64,000 nucleotides of DNA from Ignavibacteriaceae bacterium (GTDB lineage Bacteria; Bacteroidota; Ignavibacteria; Ignavibacteriales; Ignavibacteriaceae), in contig DAIRET010000002.1 in assembly GCA_036795455.1 (NCBI GenBank), positions 15,325-79,324 on the forward strand, written 5' to 3'. The position numbers and the translations under genes were made by a program. Each line of letters begins with the position of its first letter. Within the stretch, counting starts at the first letter, position 1. The notes under the pieces were generated by a model that worked only from the letters and a program-made list of their open reading frames with translations, searched no databases and was not told where the DNA came from. Positions 44,627 through 52,775 of this stretch are shown one piece after another.

Positions 44627-45385
44627 CTATTTAAACAGGTTATCAACTTCCTCTTGAGTTGTTTTTATTGATTGATTTACGAGAACGTCTATCTCTTTTT
44701 GTCTCTCTTCCTTGTTAGAATAAGAAGCATTCGGATCAAAGACAACCCCTTCGGGCGTTTCCATTACTATTCCTTTAATATCGGCATTTAAGTCCGCATG
44801 ATCAATATCCTGTATCAACGATGAAAGTTTTGAATGCACCGACTCTATCAAATGATTTACAGATGCGAGCTGTTGTGCGGTTATATCCTGTACTTGTAAG
44901 GAGAGAGTAATCTGGTAAGAATCCGCTTTTATTTTTGCAATGTTTTCAAGAATATTTGTCTTTTGCAGTTCCGCTGCTTTTGACGGAGAAATTTTTTCTA
45001 CAAGAGAAAGGACTTCTTCATTGTCTTTGAACATTTCTTTCAGCTTTTCATAGCTGCTAACTCTTTCATTAATATCCTTGAAAAAATCTACAGCCTGGCT
45101 TTCGATACCGGTAAGGATATTTGTTATTTCATCAACGAGGTCGAGAATTTCCGTAGTCGCCAGCTCGGTTGCACTTGTAACGTTCTGGATCTGGTTTGCC
45201 GCTTGCGGAATTTTACGTGTACTGTCGGCAATCGACAGGTTGATGTTTTCCAATAAAGGAACAATATCTCTCATAAATTCAATAAGGCTTTGAATAACCG
45301 GGACTATTCTTTCACCAAACTTAAAAATATTCTTTAGGTCTGTTAGTTTTTCAAAAACCGTAGTCATGCTGTTTAAATTACTCAT
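44627..45385 (-). CDS. cheZ: CheZ-like CheY-P phosphatase (remote)
   Basis: Helical 252-aa protein between cheY and cheA. SLQVQDITAQQL reproduces the CheZ active-site spacing (QDLTGQ; Asp then Gln four residues later). SATELATTEILDLVDEI resembles the upstream CheZ helix. Confidence 0.55.
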   Translation of the reverse strand: MSNLNSMTTVFEKLTDLKNIFKFGERIVPVIQSLIEFMRDIVPLLENINLSIADSTRKIPQAANQIQNVTSATELATTEILDLVDEITNILTGIESQAVDFFKDINERVSSYEKLKEMFKDNEEVLSLVEKISPSKAAELQKTNILENIAKIKADSYQITLSLQVQDITAQQLASVNHLIESVHSKLSSLIQDIDHADLNADIKGIVMETPEGVVFDPNASYSNKEERQKEIDVLVNQSIKTTQEEVDNLFK

Positions 45386-45393
45386 TATAACTC

Positions 45394-45777
45394 CTAATTT
45401 GATTGAGCTGATAAAATCTGGTCGATTTTCTCTTTTAACACTTGCGGTGTAAAAGGTTTAATTATATAGTTTGATACTTTAGCTTGAAGAGCTTCGATTA
45501 TATCTTCTTTAACTCCCCTTGTGGTTACCATTAGGATAGGGACATTCGCAAAATCTGCATTCCCCCGAATTCCTTTTGTTAATTCAAGTCCGGACAATAC
45601 AGGCATATTCCAGTCTGTAATAACAAAGTTAATTGTTCTATCGCTATCAAGTTTAGTTAAGGCTTCCTGTCCGTCGGCGGCTTCCACAAATTCGCTATAG
45701 CCCAGGTTTTTCAATGAATTAACGACGATTCTTCTCATAGTTAGTGAATCATCCACTACTAAAAATTTCAATGACAT
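45394..45777 (-). CDS. cheY: chemotaxis response regulator CheY
   Basis: KFLVVDDSLTMRRIVVNSLKNLGY, FVITDWNMPVLSGLEL, LMVTT and YIIKPFTPQVLKEKI. Confidence 0.93.
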   Translation of the reverse strand: MSLKFLVVDDSLTMRRIVVNSLKNLGYSEFVEAADGQEALTKLDSDRTINFVITDWNMPVLSGLELTKGIRGNADFANVPILMVTTRGVKEDIIEALQAKVSNYIIKPFTPQVLKEKIDQILSAQSN

Positions 45778-45791
45778 GTTTTCCTCGTAAT

Positions 45792-46157
45792 TTAGTTTAA
45801 ATACTTTGCAACTTCATATTGAATTCTCTTCGGGTCAAAAGGTTTAATTAGGTAAGAATTTGCACCGCAGCTTAATCCTTTTTGAACTTCTTCACTGCCT
45901 GCCAGTGAAGAAAGAATAATAATGGGAATATCGCTGTAAGAATCGTTTTGTCTAATAATTTTAATAAACTCGTAACCATCAAGATTCGGCATGTTAAGAT
46001 CAGTTATTACCAGGTCGATTTTGTGCTGCGGAAGTTTTTCGGCTGCTTCCATTCCATCCGAGGCGGAAATTACCTCGAAACCGCTTAAACAAAGCGAAGC
46101 TGTAACAAATTTCCTGATTGTTGGCGAATCATCAGCTACTAAAATAACTTTTTTCAT
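45792..46157 (-). CDS. second CheY-like single-domain response regulator
   Basis: VILVADDSPTIRKF, LVITDLNMPNLDGYEF, IIILSS and YLIKPFDPKRI. Confidence 0.85.
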   Translation of the reverse strand: MKKVILVADDSPTIRKFVTASLCLSGFEVISASDGMEAAEKLPQHKIDLVITDLNMPNLDGYEFIKIIRQNDSYSDIPIIILSSLAGSEEVQKGLSCGANSYLIKPFDPKRIQYEVAKYLN

Positions 46158-46159
46158 TA

Positions 46160-47065
46160 TTACTCCTTTTTATATCCGATTGTTTTCGGGTAACTGACAA
46201 GTTTAAATGCTTTGGATATTCCCTGTAATGTCTCAGCGTATCCTATAAACAAATAACCGTTTTTGTTAAGTGAATTATACAGGTTTGATACTACTCTAAT
46301 TTTAGAGGCGACATCAAAATAAATTAATACATTTGCGCAGAAAATAACATCGAAATTCATATATGTTCGCATCGCAGCATCATCATAAAGATTCAGATAC
46401 TTAAATGTAACCATCTTTTTAATTTGCGGGTCTATTTCGTAGCTGTTATTGTTATTCTTAAAATATTTTTTCAGATAGTAGATTGGTGTATTCCGGATCG
46501 AATAATCTTTGTAAATACCGTTGCTCGCGGTTTCGATAACTGCATGGTTAATATCCGTTCCAACTATCTCGAAGTCGAGATAAGGGAATTTCGGTTTAAC
46601 CAATTCGGTAAGAATTATCGCAGTAGAATAAGCTTCTTCACCGGAAGATGCAGCGGCGCTCCATATCTTTATTTTGTTGTTGAACTTCGGTCTTGAAGCA
46701 ACAATACCCGGTATTACTCCCGATACAAGTGCGTCAAGCTGCGGCTGGTTCCTAAAAAAGAAAGTCTCATTTATCGTAATTGCTTCAACCAGATACTTTA
46801 TTTCACTATTCTTGTTGGGATTGTACTTCAGAAAATCCATGTACTTTTCAAACGAATCCAGTTTCAGAAAGCGAATTCTTTTCTGAAGCCTGCTTTCAAG
46901 GAAATATTTCTTGTTGTCCGGGAAATAAATCCCGCACAAATTGTAAATATATTTCCTTAGTTCAGAAAATGCTTCAACTGAAAGTTCACTATTACTGAAT
47001 GTTTGAAACCCAATATTCGAATTCAAATCTGAAATCCGGGGGGTATTTTGAGTTTGAGTAAACAT
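46160..47065 (-). CDS. cheR: chemotaxis methyltransferase CheR
   Basis: TINETFFFRNQPQLDAL, KIWSAAASSGEEAYSTAIIL and VIFCANVLIYFD. Confidence 0.93.
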   Translation of the reverse strand: MFTQTQNTPRISDLNSNIGFQTFSNSELSVEAFSELRKYIYNLCGIYFPDNKKYFLESRLQKRIRFLKLDSFEKYMDFLKYNPNKNSEIKYLVEAITINETFFFRNQPQLDALVSGVIPGIVASRPKFNNKIKIWSAAASSGEEAYSTAIILTELVKPKFPYLDFEIVGTDINHAVIETASNGIYKDYSIRNTPIYYLKKYFKNNNNSYEIDPQIKKMVTFKYLNLYDDAAMRTYMNFDVIFCANVLIYFDVASKIRVVSNLYNSLNKNGYLFIGYAETLQGISKAFKLVSYPKTIGYKKE

Positions 47066-47083
47066 TATTCCTTAACCTATATA

Positions 47084-48475
47084 TTAATTATTCGTTCCCG
47101 ATAAAACCTGCAAAGCTCTCTCCTTAATCATCTCGTCCTCATCATTAGCCAACAGTTCCAATACAGGCACGGCTTTTTCCGAGTTCAGTTCCTCTAAAAG
47201 ATCTACCAAACGCATTCTGTTCCACACGTTTTGATCTGCCATCATCGTATCGGAAAAGATTAATGCCGTTTCAGGATTTAAATGGAATAGCAGCTCCATA
47301 ACTATTCTGCGGACTTCCTCATCCGGGTGTGTAAGGTGTCCGGTTAATTTTTCGCACAGTTTATGCGATTCGATTGCCAATGAGTCGTTCTGTTCCGATG
47401 GCGAACTCATTTCAAACATTTCCCTTGTAAGTTCTATTACTGCCCGCAAGTTGCCCGGCGAGCCGTCAAGATAATCTATTAACTGCCTTACAAACAGCTC
47501 AAAATGCGGATAGATATTGTTTTTAATTTCATCATCAATTGTAAAATCTCCGCCGAAAACAGCTAAGTAAGTTTTAAACACTTCCCTGTCAACAAAAGAA
47601 CGGAGCAGGCTTACAGCCGGTTTCTTGTAATAAACATCCCCCTCCTGTAACGCATTTAGAATAGAATTTTTTGTGCTTTCATCAAACGGAATATCAAGTT
47701 CCAGTTTGTCTTTTAATAACTTCAGAGAACGTATTGCTTCCCAGCTAAGCGGCGGTTCATAATATTTTAACTCGGAAAGTAAGAAAAAGAATGAATCATC
47801 ATTCCCCTGTTTCCCGAGACACTCCAGCATCGCAAATTTCGTTAATTCTTCCTCGTTTGCGTACTTGTCGAAAATAAAATCGAGTATTGCCGGGTTATCC
47901 AGTTTTCCCAATGCTTCAACAATTGTTGGTTTGTACAGGTCCAACTTATCGTAGTATTCTACTAAAACATCATAAGATTGTGTTGATTTCAGGTTGCCGA
48001 GTGCTTCAATGCAAGAAAGGATTACATTATCGTTATTCGAGTTTCTCAGCACTTTAATAATTTCAGGTTCGGGACCTGAAATCCCAATTAAACCTAAAAT
48101 ATCTATTATAAACTTTTGGTCATCCAAATTTTCATTGGTAGCAAGGTATTTCGTCAGTGGTTCGATGGATGCCTCTCCCTTTCTCAACAACAATTCCCCG
48201 GCAAGATTTCTAACGCTTATATCGGGAGATGAGACCAACGGAACCAATAAACCGGGAATTTTTTCATTATTATTTATCGTTAAAACATTACTAACGGCAT
48301 CACGAACGCCTGTGTTTTCATCATTAAGAAAGGAACAAAGGATTGATAAGATTTCTTCATCCGGCTCTTCATTAAAAAACATTTCTATTGTTTGCCTGCG
48401 GACATCGGTGTCCGGGAAACGCAGTTTTTCTATTATTTCTGACCTGTTCAAAGGGGACTTCTCCATTAATAACAC
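47084..48475 (-). CDS. HEAT/PBS-lyase-repeat protein, first gene of the che operon
   Basis: Repeated units of type D..VR..A...L (DTDVRRQTIEMF, NTGVRDAVSNVL, DISVRNLAGELL, DEEVRRIVMELL, DEMIKERALQVL). The track start at 48475 is GTG. ATG at 48466 (MEKSPLNRSE) is equally likely. Confidence 0.75.
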   Translation of the reverse strand: MLLMEKSPLNRSEIIEKLRFPDTDVRRQTIEMFFNEEPDEEILSILCSFLNDENTGVRDAVSNVLTINNNEKIPGLLVPLVSSPDISVRNLAGELLLRKGEASIEPLTKYLATNENLDDQKFIIDILGLIGISGPEPEIIKVLRNSNNDNVILSCIEALGNLKSTQSYDVLVEYYDKLDLYKPTIVEALGKLDNPAILDFIFDKYANEEELTKFAMLECLGKQGNDDSFFFLLSELKYYEPPLSWEAIRSLKLLKDKLELDIPFDESTKNSILNALQEGDVYYKKPAVSLLRSFVDREVFKTYLAVFGGDFTIDDEIKNNIYPHFELFVRQLIDYLDGSPGNLRAVIELTREMFEMSSPSEQNDSLAIESHKLCEKLTGHLTHPDEEVRRIVMELLFHLNPETALIFSDTMMADQNVWNRMRLVDLLEELNSEKAVPVLELLANDEDEMIKERALQVLSGTNN

Positions 48476-48500
48476 AAAATTATACTATTCTACTCTTCCA

Positions 48501-48527
48501 TTATCGGTTGAATTTAGAATTTCTTTA
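48501..48527 (-). promoter_or_regulatory. sigma-28 (FliA)-type promoter for the che operon
   Basis: The minus strand reads TAAA-N15-ACCGATAA (consensus TAAA-N15-GCCGATAA), with exact 15-nt spacing that I counted. The -10 ends 25 nt before the GTG and 34 nt before the ATG of the HEAT gene. Confidence 0.65.
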
Positions 48528-48752
48528 GACTTATCAATTAAAATGCCGTCAACTTAATTAAAAAAAATCGCCGTATTCACTACTTTTCAAAGAATTTGTG
48601 TACATTATTAGCCAGGTGGATATTTACATAGTAAATACATTCTGTTTTTTCCACCACTATTTTCCCAAAACATCCTTCAATTCTTTGAACTTTAAACTTG
48701 ATTGCGGTATTTAAATTAAAAGCCGTTCACGATTCAGGAATTTTTATTATAG

Positions 48753-49583
48753 ATGAAAAATTTAGTTGTACTATTATTGATGCTTATACTTTCAACTGCT
48801 TTAGCAGCACAAAACAATGACGAACCGCTTGTTTTAATTGAGATAATTGCCGGGTCCGATTCAATTATCTCAAACGATTCTTTTTACGTTGCAGTTAAAC
48901 TGAAAATAAAGGATGAATGGCATACGTACTGGGAAAATCCCGGCGATGGCGGCTTAAAAACACTTTTTGAGTGGACACTTCCATCCTCCTTTTCAATAAG
49001 TGAACCGGCAATTCCATATCCGAAAAAATTTCTGGTTGATGATATGGTAAACTTCGGGTATGAGAAAGAAGCCGCTTATTTGTTCAAAATTAAGACTTCG
49101 GATGTAACAGATTTTGAAAACCGGGTTGAAGTAAAAGCTACCTGGCTTGCATGTAAAGAAGAGTGTATTCCCGGAACCTCTATTGCTGCAAAAGTTTTTT
49201 ACGCTTCAAAAGAGAAAGTGAAAACAAACAAAGATAACCGCCGGATTTTTGAACAGATTAGAACAATGATACCGGTAAATGCGGATAACATAAAAATTTC
49301 AGCATTTTCAAAAAACGAGAGTATATTGTTTGAGATTGTTCCCGGAGGCACCTTGAAAAACTTTTCCCGGATCGATTTTTTCCCGGTTCAACAAGGAATT
49401 TTTTCATACGCTTCCGTTTCGAAACTTCTTTTGGAAGACGGAAAATATTTACTAACTGTTCCGCTTGACCCAATGCGCGGTGAGTTACCTGAGGAACTTG
49501 ATGCGGTATTTTACACCCCCGAAGGGTGGGATGAAGCTGGAATTTATAAAGCAATTCAACAAAAAATAAAACTAAACAAATAG
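48753..49583 (+). CDS. DsbD/ScsB N-terminal-domain-like thiol:disulfide interchange protein (secreted)
   Basis: Signal peptide. DEWHTYWENPGDGGLKTLFEW and ATWLACKEECIP, as in the DsbD-alpha / 'DsbC' Pfam family. Confidence 0.75.
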   Translation: MKNLVVLLLMLILSTALAAQNNDEPLVLIEIIAGSDSIISNDSFYVAVKLKIKDEWHTYWENPGDGGLKTLFEWTLPSSFSISEPAIPYPKKFLVDDMVNFGYEKEAAYLFKIKTSDVTDFENRVEVKATWLACKEECIPGTSIAAKVFYASKEKVKTNKDNRRIFEQIRTMIPVNADNIKISAFSKNESILFEIVPGGTLKNFSRIDFFPVQQGIFSYASVSKLLLEDGKYLLTVPLDPMRGELPEELDAVFYTPEGWDEAGIYKAIQQKIKLNK

Positions 49584-49592
49584 GAGGCTTAA

Positions 49593-50192
49593 ATGCTAAA
49601 ATACATTTTTACGCTCGCTGCAGTTATTCTTTTTCTGACGAATATTAGTGCCCAGATTAAAATTGATGCAGAAGCACCGAAATTCACTTTGAAGGATAGT
49701 AACGGGAAGGAGCATTCGTTAAACGATTTTGAAGGAAAATATGTGGTTCTTGAGTGGATTAACTTCGATTGCCCTTTTGTTAAAAAACATTACAATAGCG
49801 ACAATATGCAGACTCTCCAGAAAGAGTATGTCGGAAAAGATGTTGTCTGGTTATTGATTTGTTCCTCTGCCGAAGGGAAACAGGGACATTTTTCGAATAA
49901 TGAAATAAACAAAAGATTGAAAGCCTTGGGAGCCAATGCTACAGCTTATTTAATTGACGAAGATGGTAAAGTTGGGAAAAAATACGGTGCAAAAACAACA
50001 CCCCACATGTTCGTTATTAACCCCGAGGGAAAATTAATCTATGCCGGGGCAATTGACGACAAACCCTCCACGGATGTTGATGATATTGATGAAGCTGTTA
50101 ATTATGTAAGGGAAGCTCTTAATGCTTCGCTTGCCGGAAATGCTGTTAAAGTAAAAACAAGCACACCGTATGGATGCTCGGTAAAGTACTAA
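49593..50192 (+). CDS. secreted thioredoxin-fold (redoxin/AhpC-TSA-like) protein
   Basis: Signal peptide. APKFTLKDSNGKEHSLNDFEGKYVVLEWINFDCPFVKKHY and TTPHMFVINPEGKLIYAGAIDD. Confidence 0.75.
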   Translation: MLKYIFTLAAVILFLTNISAQIKIDAEAPKFTLKDSNGKEHSLNDFEGKYVVLEWINFDCPFVKKHYNSDNMQTLQKEYVGKDVVWLLICSSAEGKQGHFSNNEINKRLKALGANATAYLIDEDGKVGKKYGAKTTPHMFVINPEGKLIYAGAIDDKPSTDVDDIDEAVNYVREALNASLAGNAVKVKTSTPYGCSVKY

Positions 50193-50265
50193 GTAGTTTT
50201 CGTTTTTCAGTTTACCGGAGTTGTTTTTTTTAATTATCTTTGCAATAAAAAAAAGAGAGGTTAGT

Positions 50266-50523
50266 ATGCCCAGCAAGAAAAGCGGGATTCCCCGCACCGA
50301 ATTAAATTTCGATAGAGAAATACAAATGCTTGATTCAATTTATTCCGATATGATCGAATCAATTCACGGGAAACCGGATGCGAACAAAATAGATGATCTG
50401 CGGTTATATGTTGATAATGTTTATTCGATATTAAACCGAACTGCAATCCGGGTTCAGGATGTGAAAAAAGATCTGCTTGCAGATAAGAAATTAATCCTTG
50501 AAACATGGAATCCCCCGGCTTAA
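50266..50523 (+). CDS. hypothetical small helical protein
   Basis: MPSKKSGIPRTELNFDREIQMLDSIYSDMIESIHGK... The ATG at 50266 is preceded by AGAGAGG, so I prefer it to the track start at 50221. Confidence 0.5.
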   Translation: MPSKKSGIPRTELNFDREIQMLDSIYSDMIESIHGKPDANKIDDLRLYVDNVYSILNRTAIRVQDVKKDLLADKKLILETWNPPA

Positions 50524-50566
50524 AATAAATTGAACCGGTTGTACCGGACTTTAATCGATAAATTAT

Positions 50567-50608
50567 CGGGGTTGTCAAATATACTTTTAGGCAACCCCGT
50601 TTTATTTT
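50567..50608 (+). terminator. rho-independent terminator
   Basis: CGGGGTTG-N17-CAACCCCG followed by TTTTATTTT. Lies between the convergent small ORF and tkt. Confidence 0.7.
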
Positions 50609-50617
50609 AAACGCCTG

Positions 50618-52609
50618 TCATTTAATCATCTTTTTAGCTACCGAGACGATGTTTTCTACACTAAACCCGAATTTTTCGAAAAGGACATTTTCAGGGGCAG
50701 AAGCACCGAAACGCTCAAGGCTGATCATTTCTCCGTTTTTACCGAGATATTTATCCCATCCCATTGATACGCCTGCTTCTACTGCAAGTTTCGGCAAATC
50801 GTAATCCCCTAAAATAGTTGCTTTATACTCTTCAGATTGTTGTTCAAAAAGTTCGTGGCTTGGAAAGCTAACTACACGTGCTTTTATTCCTTCTTTTTCT
50901 AATTCAACTTTTGCTTTTAGAATTAGATGAACCTCGGAACCTGAAGCTAAAAGAATTATATCCGGCTTTCCTTCAGTGCCTGATAATATGTAGGCACCGC
51001 GAGCAACATTTTCAAATTCAGGATAAAGATCACCGGATAATACAGGTTGTCCCTGGCGAGTAAGAGCAAGCGCTACAGGAGAGCCTTTACTCTCCAATGC
51101 TATCCTCCATGCATGAGTTGTTTCGTTTGCATCTGCGGGACGGATATTAATAAGATTCGGGATTGCTCTTAATGCTGCTATTTGTTCTACAGGTTGATGA
51201 GTAGGACCATCTTCTCCAAGCCCGATGCTGTCATGTGTAAAAACATAAATCGTTTTTATGTGGGACATTGCCGCAAGTCTGATAGCAGGACGCATATAAT
51301 CGGAGAAAACAAGAAAAGTTCCGCAATAAGCAATCACTCCGCCGTATTGTGCTATACCGTTTTGAATTGCACCCATTGCATGTTCTCTTATCCCGTAATG
51401 AAAATTTCTTCCGGAATAATCTTCGGCAGAAAACGGTTTATAAGCCGTGAGATAAGTATTGTTGGAAGGATGCAAATCCGCAGAGCCTCCGAGCATTGAC
51501 GGCAATAGAGGGGCGATTTCATTTAATACTTTTCCTGAAGCCTGCCGGGTTGCAATCTTCTTCCCTTCGTTTTTGAATACAGGAAGTTTTTCTTTCCATG
51601 CATCTCCAAAATCGCCTTTTAAATAATCAAGCAGACTTTTTGCATCTTCCGGGTACTTGCTTTTGTATTCTTGAAACAGTTTCTCCCAGTTTGATTCGTA
51701 AGATTCAAATTTACTTTTTAAATGAGTGAAATACTCTTTTACTTCTGCCGGGATAAAGAAATCTTCTTCATAATTCCAATTTAACTTCTGCTTTGTTAAT
51801 TTGACCTCATCAATTCCGAGCGGGGAACCGTGAGAAGAAGATTTATCCTGTTTATTGGGGCTTCCGAAACCGATATGTGTTTTAGTTATAATTATTGACG
51901 GTCTCTCATCTTTTTGAGCAGAGGACACAACTTTTTCAATTTGAGCCAAATCATTAACATCATCAATATTTTCGACATGCCAGCCGTATGCTTCAAATCT
52001 TTTCTTAACGTCCTCGGAATATGTTAAAGAAGTTTTCCCTTCAATCGTAATTCCGTTATAATCGTAGAAAAAAATCAATTTACCGAGCTTGAAATGTCCT
52101 GCAATTGATGCAGCTTCGTGGGAAACACCTTCCATCATATCGCCGTCGCTGCATATTCCGTAAATGAAGTGGTCAATTATTTTATAACCCGGTTTGTTGA
52201 ACAAAGCCGATAAATAGGATTGAGCTACTGCCATTCCGACTGCGGTTGCAAAGCCCTGCCCCAAAGGACCTGTAGTGGTTTCTACACCGGGAGTCATTCC
52301 GAATTCAGGGTGTCCAGGCGTAATACTATCCCACTGCCGAAATTGTTTTAATTGTTCGAGAGGAATATCATAACCGCAAAGATGCAAAGTACTGTACAGA
52401 AGCATACTTCCGTGTCCCGCAGAAAGGACAAACCTATCTCTATTCAACCACTTGGAATTGGATGGATTATGCTTCATTATTTTGGAATAAAGCGTAAATG
52501 CTATCGGGGCACAGCCCATCGGCATACCGGGATGCCCGGAGTTTGCTTTTTGAACTGCGTCAACCGCTAAAAAACGAATTGTGTTTATTGATAAGTTTTC
52601 TATTTCCAC
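50618..52609 (-). CDS. tkt: transketolase
   Basis: NTIRFLAVDAVQKANSGHPGMPMGCAPIA, DRFVLSAGHGSMLLYS, GICSDGDMMEG and THDSIGLGEDGPTHQPVEQ. Confidence 0.96.
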   Translation of the reverse strand: MEIENLSINTIRFLAVDAVQKANSGHPGMPMGCAPIAFTLYSKIMKHNPSNSKWLNRDRFVLSAGHGSMLLYSTLHLCGYDIPLEQLKQFRQWDSITPGHPEFGMTPGVETTTGPLGQGFATAVGMAVAQSYLSALFNKPGYKIIDHFIYGICSDGDMMEGVSHEAASIAGHFKLGKLIFFYDYNGITIEGKTSLTYSEDVKKRFEAYGWHVENIDDVNDLAQIEKVVSSAQKDERPSIIITKTHIGFGSPNKQDKSSSHGSPLGIDEVKLTKQKLNWNYEEDFFIPAEVKEYFTHLKSKFESYESNWEKLFQEYKSKYPEDAKSLLDYLKGDFGDAWKEKLPVFKNEGKKIATRQASGKVLNEIAPLLPSMLGGSADLHPSNNTYLTAYKPFSAEDYSGRNFHYGIREHAMGAIQNGIAQYGGVIAYCGTFLVFSDYMRPAIRLAAMSHIKTIYVFTHDSIGLGEDGPTHQPVEQIAALRAIPNLINIRPADANETTHAWRIALESKGSPVALALTRQGQPVLSGDLYPEFENVARGAYILSGTEGKPDIILLASGSEVHLILKAKVELEKEGIKARVVSFPSHELFEQQSEEYKATILGDYDLPKLAVEAGVSMGWDKYLGKNGEMISLERFGASAPENVLFEKFGFSVENIVSVAKKMIK

Positions 52610-52775
52610 GGCTTGTTCCTTACTGTATTTTATTTCAAAATTATTAAATTACAATGGCTAATATAAAAAAGAAGTACGAGTTATTTGCTTTTATCAACTT
52701 GCACTTCAACTGTTTTTAGAAAAATGTACTTGACATTAGTTCCGATTCAAATTAACTTTTAACACGATAAAATGA

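Noticed and set aside
47994-48557. 187-aa plus-strand ORF overlapping the 5' part of the HEAT-repeat gene
   Set aside because: Antisense to a repeat-protein gene with clear HEAT periodicity. The composition (S/I/F-rich) looks like a shadow frame, and it would run across the sigma-28 promoter.
50261-50578. 105-aa minus-strand ORF opposite the 50266-50523 gene
   Set aside because: The sequence (…CWAY, FSHPEPGLQFG) looks non-protein-like. The plus-strand ORF has an SD (AGAGAGG), a plausible helical sequence and a downstream terminator.
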